In this document: in pieces, positions 18,728 through 28,656 of the stretch
Position numbering within the stretch: position 1 is the first letter of the stretch
Layout of the letters: each line of letters opens with the position of its first letter
Origin: an uncultured virus (IMG/VR IMGVR_UViG_3300032298_000389)
Lineage: Duplodnaviria; Heunggongvirae; Uroviricota; Caudoviricetes
Direction: 5' to 3' (one strand)
IMG/VR virus record: IMGVR_UViG_3300032298_000389
DNA length: 64,000 nucleotides
The notes under the pieces: generated by a model
What the model saw: only the letters and a program-made list of their open reading frames with translations
What the model was told of the DNA's origin: nothing
The model's database searches: none
Program-made: the position numbers and the translations under genes

Positions 18728-19312
18728 ATGTCAAATAGTATAGGAGATTTAAGAAATAGTGGAAATCAGGGAAATAATTTTCCTTGGCAACTTAAAGTAT
18801 TACAAGGACTTGAAGCAATAGCTAACAGTACTTCTGGTTCTTTAACTTGTGCTGATCAAGTTAGTTTATGTGTTAATGGAACTGTGGTAGATGCATCAAA
18901 TGCACTACCAGTTAGTGTTACAGAAACTAATGATAGCATTCAAGTCTTTGCTTCAGATGGTCTTAATAACGTACCTGTATTAGTTGGTCAACAGGATTGT
19001 AGTGACTCATTAGCTGTTACTTTATGTACTCAACAAGCTGGAGTGCAAATAACACCAAATATTCAGGTGTTATCTGGTGTTATAGGATTTTTACCTGATG
19101 CAGTTTATTCCATATCTTTTGCAAATGTGGGTACTGTTCCTATAACACTTTCATTTGATGGAGGAATAACACAGGTGACTATACCAGTTGGAGTAACTAT
19201 TAATATGGATGCAGGTGGACTTGGTAATCAATACCCTCCAAATACTTTTGCTTGGGATACTGATTTTGTAGGAGCATCACTTATCATAACATATAACACA
19301 CCTACTCCATAA
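18728..19312 (+). CDS. Putative structural protein (start MSNSIGDL)
   Basis: Beta-rich; ORF trimmed to ATG 18728, downstream of the terminator. Confidence 0.65.
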   Translation: MSNSIGDLRNSGNQGNNFPWQLKVLQGLEAIANSTSGSLTCADQVSLCVNGTVVDASNALPVSVTETNDSIQVFASDGLNNVPVLVGQQDCSDSLAVTLCTQQAGVQITPNIQVLSGVIGFLPDAVYSISFANVGTVPITLSFDGGITQVTIPVGVTINMDAGGLGNQYPPNTFAWDTDFVGASLIITYNTPTP

Positions 19313-20553
19313 TGGGAACTATAATAAGCTCATCCTCAGTATCAAACTTTAATATACTCAATAATTTACCAATGCTTGCAGATGCATTTGGTAGATTAAG
19401 AGTAAGTGAACCATTTACATTATTTGACTCTAGTCATAGATTTGCAGATAATAATTTGTGGTCAACAGCTACTGCTGTAAGTGGGTCTGCTACATTTGAT
19501 GCTAATGAAGGTTTAATAAACTTAGGTGTAACAGCAGCATCAGGTTCTGAAGTTATTAGAGAAACCACAAAGGTGTTTTCTTATCAACCTGGTAAGAGTC
19601 TTCTTGTTCTTAATACATTTGTAATGAATGCTGCTAAGACAGGGCTTAGACAAAGAGTGGGTTATTATGGGGCATCTAATGGATATTATCTAGAACAGAA
19701 TGACAGCGCAGTAAGTTTTGTTGAAAGAAGTTCTGTTTCAGGATCATTAGTAAATAATTCAGTTGCTCAAGCAAATTGGAATGTAGATCCTATGGATGGA
19801 TCAGGTCCTAGTGGTATTACACTTGATTTAACAAAAGCTCAGATCTTATTTATGGATCTTGAGTGGTTAGGTGTGGGAACAGTTAGGATAGGATTTATTA
19901 TAGATGGAAATTATTATGTTTGTCATAGATTCAACCATGCTAACTTAATCACATCTACATATATTACTACAGCTTCTTTGCCTCTTAGATATGAAATAAC
20001 AAATACAGCTGCTACAGCTTCATCAAGTAGATTAAAACAAATATGTTCTACTGTAATATCTGAAGGAGGATATGAACTTCGTGGCTTACAACAGGCTGTA
20101 GGTACACCAATAACAACACCTAAGACCTTAACTACGGCAGGCACATTGTATCCTATAGTTTCATTAAGATTAAAATCAACTAGATTAGATGGAATAGCTA
20201 TAGCTACAGCTGTTTCTATAATAGGAAATACATCTGCTAATTACAATTGGCAGTTAATATCATCAGGAACAACTACAGGTGGAACTTGGATTAGTGCAGG
20301 AGTAAATACTTCTGTAGAATATAATTTAACAGGAACTGCTTTTGCAGGGGGAAGAATTATAGCATCAGGATATTTTACAGCTACAGCAAGTACAAGTGTA
20401 TCTATTGATATATTAAAGGCAGCATTGTTTAGTAATCAATTAGAAAGAGATGGATTAACAGGAACTCCTTATGAGTTTACAGTAGTTTTAACAGCAGGTA
20501 CAAATAATGAAAGTGTATTTGCATCAATGGATTGGGAAGAAGTAAGTAGATAA
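19312..20553 (+). CDS. Beta-rich putative structural protein
   Basis: DAFGRLRVSEPFTLFDS N-terminus; Ser/Thr/Gly-rich. Confidence 0.7.
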   Translation: MGTIISSSSVSNFNILNNLPMLADAFGRLRVSEPFTLFDSSHRFADNNLWSTATAVSGSATFDANEGLINLGVTAASGSEVIRETTKVFSYQPGKSLLVLNTFVMNAAKTGLRQRVGYYGASNGYYLEQNDSAVSFVERSSVSGSLVNNSVAQANWNVDPMDGSGPSGITLDLTKAQILFMDLEWLGVGTVRIGFIIDGNYYVCHRFNHANLITSTYITTASLPLRYEITNTAATASSSRLKQICSTVISEGGYELRGLQQAVGTPITTPKTLTTAGTLYPIVSLRLKSTRLDGIAIATAVSIIGNTSANYNWQLISSGTTTGGTWISAGVNTSVEYNLTGTAFAGGRIIASGYFTATASTSVSIDILKAALFSNQLERDGLTGTPYEFTVVLTAGTNNESVFASMDWEEVSR

Positions 20554-20563
20554 TAATATACTA

Positions 20564-20953
20564 ATGAGTACACTAATACAAATATCTAAGCCAATTCCTA
20601 TAGAGATTCAATTGGCATGTTCAGATGAGACAACAGCATTAACCACAGGTACAGCTAAAATAACATTTAGAACTCCATGTGCTATGACCCTAACAGAGGT
20701 CAGAGCTTCATTAACTACAGCTCAAACAAGTGGTAGTATATTTACTGTGGATATTAATAAAACAGGTGCTTCTGTTTTAAGTACTAAATTGACTATTGAT
20801 AATACTGAGAAAACTTCTGTAACTGCTGCAACTCCTGCTGTTATAAGTGACAGTGCATTTGGAGATGATCGTGAAATAACAATAGATATAGATCAAATTG
20901 GAGATGGGACAGCTACAGGATTAAAGGTAACTTTAATTGGAACAAGGTTATGA
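20564..20953 (+). CDS. Putative structural protein
   Basis: Thr-rich beta protein ending GLKVTL. Confidence 0.65.
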   Translation: MSTLIQISKPIPIEIQLACSDETTALTTGTAKITFRTPCAMTLTEVRASLTTAQTSGSIFTVDINKTGASVLSTKLTIDNTEKTSVTAATPAVISDSAFGDDREITIDIDQIGDGTATGLKVTLIGTRL

Positions 20954-21720
20954 TAATCAATCCATATTTATTTGGTGCTTCACTTGACCCCGATGCTCAA
21001 GCATTCATAACAGCAGCTGCAATAACTAACACTACACAACAAGCTGCAATAAATACTTTGGTACTTGACTTGAAAGGGTATTCACTTTGGACTCCAATAA
21101 AGGCTTTATATCCTTTTGTAGGAGGTACTGCTTCACAACATAAGTTTAATTTAAAAAATCCTTTAGATACAAATGCTGCATTTAGATTAGTGTTTAATGG
21201 AGGTTGGACACATTCAAGTACGGGGGCTTTACCTAATGGTACTAATGCATGGGCAAATACTTATTTAGTTGCACAAGGAACACTTGGATTAAATTCTACA
21301 AGTTTTGGTGTATATTCAAGAACAAACACAAACACATTAGCACCAGCAATTGGTAATGTAACGGGTGGTGCTTCAGGAGAATGTTCTTTATGGTTAAATT
21401 TTGGTAATGCTGCTTATTTAAGAGTTAATAGTAGTATTGTTTCAACTATTGCAAACCTTGATTCAAAAGGTTTATTTATAGCAAATAGAGTAAATTCAAC
21501 ACAAGTTACAATTCAAATTAGAGGAACACAAACTACATTTGCTAATGCAAGTCAAAGTACTTATCCTCAACCATTTCAATTAGGAGGTGTAAACCCAAAT
21601 AACTTTGATAACAAACAATTAGCTTTTGCATTTATAGGAGACGGTTTAACAAGTCAAAATATGACTGACTTAAATACAGCAGTTGTTGCATTTCAAACAG
21701 CATTAAGTAGAAACGTATGA
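20950..21720 (+). CDS. Putative structural protein (lectin/LamG-like C-terminus)
   Basis: DPDAQAFITAA...LYPFVGG...FQTALSR pattern. Confidence 0.65.
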   Translation: MIINPYLFGASLDPDAQAFITAAAITNTTQQAAINTLVLDLKGYSLWTPIKALYPFVGGTASQHKFNLKNPLDTNAAFRLVFNGGWTHSSTGALPNGTNAWANTYLVAQGTLGLNSTSFGVYSRTNTNTLAPAIGNVTGGASGECSLWLNFGNAAYLRVNSSIVSTIANLDSKGLFIANRVNSTQVTIQIRGTQTTFANASQSTYPQPFQLGGVNPNNFDNKQLAFAFIGDGLTSQNMTDLNTAVVAFQTALSRNV

Positions 21721-21935
21721 TACAAGTAGGACTTTTAACATTGTCACAAAAAGAGGAATTAGTAGGACAACTATATGCACCTGATTCTTACTTTAATCCT
21801 ATTCAGGACTTGAATGATAATTGGATTATTTCAGTAGAGGAAATGGAGCAGTGTGTTAATTCTGATTATCTTTGGGTAAAAGACCTTGACTTGATACCAT
21901 ACGAACCAAAACCAACACCCCCACCTTTTGAATAA
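21717..21935 (+). CDS. Hypothetical protein
   Basis: ORF track; coupled to the previous gene. Confidence 0.65.
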   Translation: MIQVGLLTLSQKEELVGQLYAPDSYFNPIQDLNDNWIISVEEMEQCVNSDYLWVKDLDLIPYEPKPTPPPFE

Positions 21936-22006
21936 AATGCTTGATAAAGCATTGTAGTATGAATAATTTTTTGTATATTATAATATATATTTATAACATA
22001 ACAACA

Positions 22007-22282
22007 ATGGAAACCTGGTTACTAACACTCATCCTTTTTATAGCTAGTTTAATTTTTACTATATTTGGATACTTTTTAAAAATGATACACTCTGATGTTA
22101 GAAAAAATACAGAAGAACAAGGTAGATTAAAAGGTAAAATAGAACTAGTACAACAAGAAAGTCAAATAAAATATCAAGCACTACAAGAACTAACACAGCT
22201 TGAAATTAAAAACTTAGCAAAGAATGTTAGTGAATTATCAGATGCAGTAAAATTATTCATAATAAATAATAGACATGACTAA
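22007..22282 (+). CDS. TM plus coiled-coil protein, lysis module (holin-like)
   Basis: N-terminal TM; upstream of the amidase; start trimmed to METWLL. Confidence 0.55.
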   Translation: METWLLTLILFIASLIFTIFGYFLKMIHSDVRKNTEEQGRLKGKIELVQQESQIKYQALQELTQLEIKNLAKNVSELSDAVKLFIINNRHD

Positions 22283-22508
22283 TATAAAAAAAAGATGGAA
22301 TGCTAAGACTCCAAAGTTTTGGAAGAAAGTTCAAAGAATAGCAATTATTGCAGGAACTGTTGCAGGAGTTATTATTGCTGCACCTGTTGCACTACCAACA
22401 GCAGTTGTTACTGTAGCAACATATGTAGTAACTGCAGGTACTGTGGCTGCAACCTTATCACAATTAACAGTAGAAGATACTGAACTTAAAAAAGTAGAAA
22501 CCCCCTAA
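22275..22508 (+). CDS. Putative holin
   Basis: RW.A.TPKFWKK followed by a hydrophobic hairpin; near the endolysin. Confidence 0.6.
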   Translation: MTNIKKRWNAKTPKFWKKVQRIAIIAGTVAGVIIAAPVALPTAVVTVATYVVTAGTVAATLSQLTVEDTELKKVETP

Positions 22509-22517
22509 ATAATAAAA

Positions 22518-22823
22518 ATGGCAACTAGAAAGAAAAAAGTGCAAGACATTGAAGTAGAAGTAAAGACTAAGAAAGTTAAAGCTAAAGTCAAAAAAGAAGG
22601 AAAAAAAATTGATGTAGTAGTTGATACTCCTAAAGTAGATGTAGTTCTTTCTTCTGATGAAGAAAAGAAAGAGTTTAAACTTGACAGTAAAAAATTAGAT
22701 GTTAATGTTGTAAAAACTGATGAAGGAACTGAAGTAAGTGTAACAGCAGAAAATTCTACATTAAAAAAAGTAGGTAATTGGTTAGCAAGATTTTATGCTA
22801 AAAAATTTAATAAGAAAAAATGA
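22518..22823 (+). CDS. Lys/Val-rich repetitive protein
   Basis: Repeated K-(V/I/L)-D-V units. Confidence 0.6.
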   Translation: MATRKKKVQDIEVEVKTKKVKAKVKKEGKKIDVVVDTPKVDVVLSSDEEKKEFKLDSKKLDVNVVKTDEGTEVSVTAENSTLKKVGNWLARFYAKKFNKKK

Positions 22824-23509
22824 GTATCTTAGATTTGTCAAAGATTAAACAGGTACCTCTTTCGGAAGGACAGTATGTAAATGAGGATACCAAAAAATTA
22901 CAAATTGTATTACATCATACAGCAGGTAATTCATCTGCTCCTGGTACAATTAAAATGTGGAATGCAGATGACAGAGGTCGTATTGCTACATGTGTAGTTA
23001 TATCTGGTAAGGGTCTATCACAAGATACATTTGATGGAGAAATTGCACAAGCATTCTCATCTAGAAAATGGGCATATCATTTAGGTATTAAACCAGATGT
23101 ATTTAGAGCAAATGCTTTACCATACAGATCACTTGATCCATTAGCAATTGGAATTGAGATTTGTAACTGGGGACCACTTACACAAAAAGCAGATGGTAAA
23201 TTCTATAACTATGTGGATAGAATTGTACCAGCTGATCAAGTATGTACTCTTGATAAAACTTACAAAGGATATAAACATTATCATGCATATACAGATGCAC
23301 AGATTGAATCTGTAAGACAATTACTTGTATACTGGAATAAAATTCACGGTATTCCCCTTACTTATAATGAAAAAGATATGTGGGAAGTTTCTAAGAATGC
23401 ATTGTCTGCTGTACCTGGATTATATACTCATAACTCCTACAGAAGAGATAAAAGTGATATTTCTCCTCAACCAAAAATGATAGCAATGCTTAAATCTCTT
23501 GTAAAATGA
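22820..23509 (+). CDS. Endolysin, N-acetylmuramoyl-L-alanine amidase (Amidase_2-like)
   Basis: IVLHHTAG, WAYH, IGIEICN, YT..Q, H...R.DK.D. Confidence 0.85.
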   Translation: MSILDLSKIKQVPLSEGQYVNEDTKKLQIVLHHTAGNSSAPGTIKMWNADDRGRIATCVVISGKGLSQDTFDGEIAQAFSSRKWAYHLGIKPDVFRANALPYRSLDPLAIGIEICNWGPLTQKADGKFYNYVDRIVPADQVCTLDKTYKGYKHYHAYTDAQIESVRQLLVYWNKIHGIPLTYNEKDMWEVSKNALSAVPGLYTHNSYRRDKSDISPQPKMIAMLKSLVK

Positions 23510-23664
23510 AATTTAGGAATAACTGGAAAAGTCATAAACCAAATTGGAAAACAGTAACTATAAGATGTAGATTATCTATGTTAGATCTTTTTTCAATTGA
23601 GATTGATCCTGCTAGAAATTTTTATGCATTAACTATTCTAAATTTTACTCTTAAAAATAGATAA
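23506..23664 (+). CDS. Small protein (52 aa, MKFRNNW...)
   Basis: Manual translation; ATGA overlap with the amidase. Confidence 0.55.
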   Translation: MKFRNNWKSHKPNWKTVTIRCRLSMLDLFSIEIDPARNFYALTILNFTLKNR

Positions 23665-23682
23665 TCATACTCTAACTACTAT

Positions 23683-23716
23683 AATCCAGGTACTTTCTAT
23701 ACCTGGATTTTTTTTG
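23683..23716 (+). terminator. Intrinsic terminator
   Basis: AATCCAGGTA...TACCTGGATT followed by a T-run. Confidence 0.75.
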
Positions 23717-23776
23717 TTTAAACAAATTCAGTTTAAACTTTTATTGTATATTTGTCTAAACTTTAATTAATATATT

Positions 23777-24091
23777 ATGCAAAACCAACAAAATGAAGAA
23801 CAATTGTCACCAGAACAATTGGAAGCAAGGAGAGATGAAATGAAACAGTTTTATGAAAAATCTATTCCTTATCTTGAAGCCCAAGCTAAGTATGAAAAGT
23901 TACTTACTGAAGTAGAACAAGCAAGATACCAAAGAGCTACTATGCAGTTTCAGTATGCTAACATGATGGCTGCAAATCTTCCAGATCATGAAGAAGAACT
24001 AGAAAGAGAAGATGTTAGAAAAGATTCTGTACCACAACCAAAACCTACAGCACAAGCACCAACTGAAGGTAAAAAACTTAGAAAAGGATAA
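23777..24091 (+). CDS. Hypothetical coiled-coil protein
   Basis: ORF track. Confidence 0.7.
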   Translation: MQNQQNEEQLSPEQLEARRDEMKQFYEKSIPYLEAQAKYEKLLTEVEQARYQRATMQFQYANMMAANLPDHEEELEREDVRKDSVPQPKPTAQAPTEGKKLRKG

Positions 24092-24471
24092 TGGCACTTG
24101 TTAATCAAGTACAGAAAAGGGTTAAAATGCCCAAATGGGATGTTGTAAAATTTCAGATTTTAACTCATTGTTATATTAACCGTATAACAATGAGTGAATC
24201 TGACCTTGACTGTCTTACATTACTAAGTTTTAATCAACCAATTGAGTTAAGTAATTTTTGTCTTGATGCATCTGCAGAAGAAGAATGGATTTTTAAATCT
24301 CCACAAACTGTTAGAAATTGTATAAATAAAGCTGAGAAAAATGGACTTATAGTAAAAGATGAAAGTAATAAAAAAGTAATAATGCTTAATCCTAATATAA
24401 AAGTTCAAACAGAAGGTCTCATATTATTAGACTATAAATTTTTAGGAAATGATACCGAAGAAAGCAAATAG
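24091..24471 (+). CDS. Putative winged-helix DNA-binding protein
   Basis: SPQTVRNCINKAEKNGLI pattern. Confidence 0.55.
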   Translation: MALVNQVQKRVKMPKWDVVKFQILTHCYINRITMSESDLDCLTLLSFNQPIELSNFCLDASAEEEWIFKSPQTVRNCINKAEKNGLIVKDESNKKVIMLNPNIKVQTEGLILLDYKFLGNDTEESK

Positions 24472-24844
24472 TTTATACAAGGAAATAAAAGAACAGTTTG
24501 ATGTTTCTGAAGATTTAGTAGAAAGCTTAATTGAAGACTACTATAAAACATTAAGAAAAAAAATGAGTAGCTTGAGTGATCTAAGACTTAATGTAGATGG
24601 CCTTGGTCAATTTGTAATAAAGATGCAGAAAGTAAAGAAAGCAATACCTCATTATGAAAAAGTTTTAGAAAATCATGATACATCTACTTTTGGTGCTTAT
24701 CATAATAAAAAGAATGTAGAAGAAAAACTAGAACTTTTGAATAAAATTCATGTAAAAGTTGAAGAAGAATTATTAAAACGTAAAACATTTAAAAATGAAA
24801 AATACTCTAAAACTGATATGGCAGAACCGGAAACAGATAGTTGA
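24449..24844 (+). CDS. HU/IHF-like protein
   Basis: Helix-helix followed by LNVDGLGQF; position upstream of the terminase as in crAss-like phages. Confidence 0.55.
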   Translation: MIPKKANSLYKEIKEQFDVSEDLVESLIEDYYKTLRKKMSSLSDLRLNVDGLGQFVIKMQKVKKAIPHYEKVLENHDTSTFGAYHNKKNVEEKLELLNKIHVKVEEELLKRKTFKNEKYSKTDMAEPETDS

Positions 24845-25094
24845 AGGAATAACTAATAGTATAATTAGAGATGAAACAGTAGAAGAAATAGCAAGACTTA
24901 GATATTCTATTTGTGATGAATGTGAACATAAAGGAAAAAAATGTGCTGTAAAAGGTACTGCTCCATGTTGTAATGAATGTGGATGTTCACTTAATTTTAA
25001 AACCAGATCTCTTGCTTCTTCTTGTCCAGTTGGTAAATGGGATGCTATTGCTACAGTAGAAGAAGAGGATGCATTAGATAACCTTAAAGATTAA
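24795..25094 (+). CDS. Cys-rich Zn-binding protein
   Basis: R..IC..C...CCNECGC.L..K......CP.GKW. Confidence 0.65.
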   Translation: MKNTLKLIWQNRKQIVEGITNSIIRDETVEEIARLRYSICDECEHKGKKCAVKGTAPCCNECGCSLNFKTRSLASSCPVGKWDAIATVEEEDALDNLKD

Positions 25095-25098
25095 TAAT

Positions 25099-25929
25099 AT
25101 GATTGTATTTAATGCAGATGATCATAGTTACAGAAGTATTGATGACAGTAACATTGATTGGATAAGTGTAACAACACTTGTTTCCCATTTTAAGAAATCT
25201 TTTGATGCAAAGAAAGTTGCAGAGAAAGTTACTAAGAATAAGAACTCAAAATGGTTTGGTATTGATCCTGTATTAATACAACAGATTTGGACTAATGAGG
25301 GTGACAGATCAACTACTCTTGGAACATGGTATCATAATCAAAGAGAAGTTGACTTATGTTCATTAGCATCTATGGAAAGAGAAGGTGTTACTGTACCTGT
25401 ATTTAAACCATCAGAAATTAAGGAAGGTATTAAAGTAGCACCTAATCAAAAACTAGAACCAGGCGTGTATCCAGAACATATGGTCTATTTAAGATCAGCC
25501 GGTATCTGTGGTCAATCAGATTTAGTTGAAGTAGTCAATGGTAAAGTAAATATCATTGACTATAAGACTAATAAAAAAATAGATATGCAATCATACGTAG
25601 ATTGGGAAGGTAAATCTGAAAAAATGGGATTTCCTGTAGACTCACTAGATGATTGTCATTTTTATCATTATGCTTTGCAACTTAGTATTTATATGTATAT
25701 TATATTGAAGCATAACCCTAAACTAAAACCAGGAAGAATATTTGTTCATCATATAACATTTGAAATAGAAAAAGAAGATAACTGGGGATATCCTATAAGT
25801 AAGTTAGATGAAAATGGAGAACCTATTGTAAAAGAAGTTACACCAATTTCAATACCTTATTTAGTAGATGAGGTATTGGCAATTATTCACTACCTTAGTG
25901 ATAACAGAAATAAAATTAAAAAGAAATGA
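25099..25929 (+). CDS. PD-(D/E)XK exonuclease
   Basis: SVTT, GT..H, GQSD...IIDYKT and YALQLSIY. Confidence 0.85.
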   Translation: MIVFNADDHSYRSIDDSNIDWISVTTLVSHFKKSFDAKKVAEKVTKNKNSKWFGIDPVLIQQIWTNEGDRSTTLGTWYHNQREVDLCSLASMEREGVTVPVFKPSEIKEGIKVAPNQKLEPGVYPEHMVYLRSAGICGQSDLVEVVNGKVNIIDYKTNKKIDMQSYVDWEGKSEKMGFPVDSLDDCHFYHYALQLSIYMYIILKHNPKLKPGRIFVHHITFEIEKEDNWGYPISKLDENGEPIVKEVTPISIPYLVDEVLAIIHYLSDNRNKIKKK

Positions 25930-26444
25930 GTTTTACAAAATTGTTTGATGTACAGAACGGAGTAGTTATTCCTACTGAACATTGCTACACACTGAAGGCT
26001 CTGAAAGATGTGATGGATGAATATCCAGAAGAACATCTTAAGATATACATGTATCTATTCTATATGTGTTGTCCAAATCCGGATTTAAATCCTTTTTTCT
26101 TTACACCAGACATAGATAAGGAATCATTGATTCTAGAACAAATTGACGGAGATTTCTCTACTGAAGATGACACAATCTTTACAGCACTTAGATTTTGTGA
26201 AAGGATGTATGAAACACCTACCTCCAGAGCATATAAAGGTATTGCATCCATGTTAGATAGATTAGGTAGATATATGGAGACTAGTGCAATTACTACAGGT
26301 AGAGATGGCAACTTTAACTCTCTGATTGCTGCAGCTAAAAACTATGATGCAATTAGACAGTCTTTCAAAGGTGCTTATAAAGATCTTCAGGAAGAACAAC
26401 AAAGTAAAGTAAGAGGTGGACAAGGACTAGCATATGACATGTAA
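25926..26444 (+). CDS. Conserved protein upstream of TerL (possible small terminase)
   Basis: Position and the C-terminal RGG. Confidence 0.55.
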   Translation: MSFTKLFDVQNGVVIPTEHCYTLKALKDVMDEYPEEHLKIYMYLFYMCCPNPDLNPFFFTPDIDKESLILEQIDGDFSTEDDTIFTALRFCERMYETPTSRAYKGIASMLDRLGRYMETSAITTGRDGNFNSLIAAAKNYDAIRQSFKGAYKDLQEEQQSKVRGGQGLAYDM

Positions 26445-28651
26445 TGAGTGAAATTTATCAAGACATACCAACCTATGAAAACGGAAACTGGACAACTACA
26501 AGTTTTGAATCTAGAGACGAGTTCAATGACTTTATTTTCAGTGTATTCAAAGAACCTGGAGAGTACAACTTCAACGAGACTACCAATAAAGTTTTCATAT
26601 CTGAATCAACAAAATTCAAAACAGATAGAGTATATTGTACAGCTCCCTTTAAATCAAAAGACTATATAAACTATTGGGATGACCAAAAGAAAAAATGTCG
26701 TAAAGGTATAATAGTTAAAGATGGTGATTTAATCTGGTTTGTATGTAGAGAATACTACATGTGGTTAAACTTTCTACCAATCTTTGATAAGGAAGAACAG
26801 AACTTTGGTTTTGCTAAAATTAGAGATGCACAGTATCATTTGGCACTCTATGAACTTCTTGCAGAACTTAACTATAAACATGCAGCAATATTAAAGAAAC
26901 GTCAGATTGCATCTTCTTATTACCATATGGGTAAGTTTATAAATCAGCAATGGTTTGAAGCAGGGGTTACTCTTAAGATGGGAGCTAGTCTTAAAGATTA
27001 TATCAATGAGAAAGGTTCTTGGAAGTTCTTACAGGAATATGCTGCATTCTTAAATGAACATACTGCATGGTATAGACCTATGTCACCAGACAAGGTTATG
27101 ATGTGGCAACAGAAGATTGAGGTAAGAAAAGGAGATAGAAAGAATGAGGTTGGTCTTAAAGGTACAATACAAGGTATGTCATTTGAGAAAGATCCAACAA
27201 ATGGTGTAGGGGGTCCGGTTAAATACTTCTTTCATGAGGAGGCAGGAATTGCTCCTAAGATGGATCAGACATATGAGTACATGAGACCAGCAATGAGATC
27301 TGGTTTGATTACTACAGGGATGTTTATAGCTGCAGGATCTGTGGGTGACTTATCTCAATGTAACCCATTGAAAGATATGATCTTAAATCCCTTATCTAAA
27401 GATATATATGCAGTGCAAACTAATCTTATAGATGAAAAAGGTACAGAAGGTATGTCAGGATTATTTATTCCTGAACAATGGTCTATGCCTCCATACATAG
27501 ATGACTATGGTAATTCACTTGTAGAAAAAGCAACAGAAGCATTGGAGAAACAATTTAAACAATGGAAAGATGAACTTTCTCCAGAAGATTACCAGCTCCG
27601 TATATCTCAGCATCCTAGAAATATTAAAGAAGCATTTGCATACAGAACTGTATCTGTATTCCCTCCACATCTTCTTGCTGCACAAGAAAGAAGAATAGAA
27701 GACAAAGAATATGGTTATGAATATCTAGATATATCTACTGATGTAGATGGAAAACCAGTAGTTACTAAAAGTAATAAAAGACCTATAATGGAATTTCCAA
27801 TAAACAAAAAGACTGAAGATAAAACTGGATGTCTTGTTGTATGGGAAAGACCTGTAAGTGATCCTACATTTGGACAGTATTATGCTTCTATTGACCCCGT
27901 AGGTGAAGGTAAAACTACAACATCAGAATCATTATGTTCTATATATATAATGAAAGCTCCTGTACAAGTAACTAAAGTAACTGGTGCAGAAACAGAAACA
28001 TATATAGAACAAGGCAAAATAGTAGCAGCATGGTGTGGTAGATATGATGATATAACTAAAACTCATCATCAATTAGAATTAATAATTGAATGGTACAATG
28101 CATGGGCACTGGTGGAAAATAACATTTCTCTTTTTATACAGTATATGATTCAAAGAAGAAAACAAAAATATTTAGTACCTAAAAGTCAGATAGTTTTCTT
28201 AAAAGATTTAGGATCTAATAATAATGTCTTTCAGGAATATGGTTGGAAAAATACAGGTACATTATTTAAGGCACATCTTCTTAGTTATGCCATAGAATAT
28301 TGTAAAGAAGAATTAGATCAAGAATTAAAACCAGATGGTACAGTTGTAAGAACAACCTATGGTATAGAAAGAATTCCTGACCCAATGTTGATTAAAGAAA
28401 TGAGAGAATATGCAGATGGAGTCAATGTGGATAGACTTGTATCCTTTGCTGCTCTTGTATCATTTATGAGAATTCAAGAATCAAATAGAGGATATTCTAA
28501 AAGAACAATTATGGATGATGCAGCTAAAAACTTGCAAAAGTCAGAAAATTTGTTTAAATTAAATAAGAGTCCATTCAGACACATGGGTGGAAAAGGTATG
28601 ACAAATACTATGAGTGGATTTAAAAAATCTGCATTTAAAAATATTAAATAA
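26444..28651 (+). CDS. terL: Terminase large subunit
   Basis: LKKRQIASS Walker A variant, FHEEAG Walker B and ASIDPV RNase H-like nuclease motif. Confidence 0.9.
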   Translation: MSEIYQDIPTYENGNWTTTSFESRDEFNDFIFSVFKEPGEYNFNETTNKVFISESTKFKTDRVYCTAPFKSKDYINYWDDQKKKCRKGIIVKDGDLIWFVCREYYMWLNFLPIFDKEEQNFGFAKIRDAQYHLALYELLAELNYKHAAILKKRQIASSYYHMGKFINQQWFEAGVTLKMGASLKDYINEKGSWKFLQEYAAFLNEHTAWYRPMSPDKVMMWQQKIEVRKGDRKNEVGLKGTIQGMSFEKDPTNGVGGPVKYFFHEEAGIAPKMDQTYEYMRPAMRSGLITTGMFIAAGSVGDLSQCNPLKDMILNPLSKDIYAVQTNLIDEKGTEGMSGLFIPEQWSMPPYIDDYGNSLVEKATEALEKQFKQWKDELSPEDYQLRISQHPRNIKEAFAYRTVSVFPPHLLAAQERRIEDKEYGYEYLDISTDVDGKPVVTKSNKRPIMEFPINKKTEDKTGCLVVWERPVSDPTFGQYYASIDPVGEGKTTTSESLCSIYIMKAPVQVTKVTGAETETYIEQGKIVAAWCGRYDDITKTHHQLELIIEWYNAWALVENNISLFIQYMIQRRKQKYLVPKSQIVFLKDLGSNNNVFQEYGWKNTGTLFKAHLLSYAIEYCKEELDQELKPDGTVVRTTYGIERIPDPMLIKEMREYADGVNVDRLVSFAALVSFMRIQESNRGYSKRTIMDDAAKNLQKSENLFKLNKSPFRHMGGKGMTNTMSGFKKSAFKNIK

Positions 28652-28656
28652 GAGTT

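Noticed and set aside
25099..25929. Cas4 of a CRISPR system
   Set aside because: Generic PD-(D/E)XK nuclease with no four-Cys Fe-S motif evident, no array and no other cas genes
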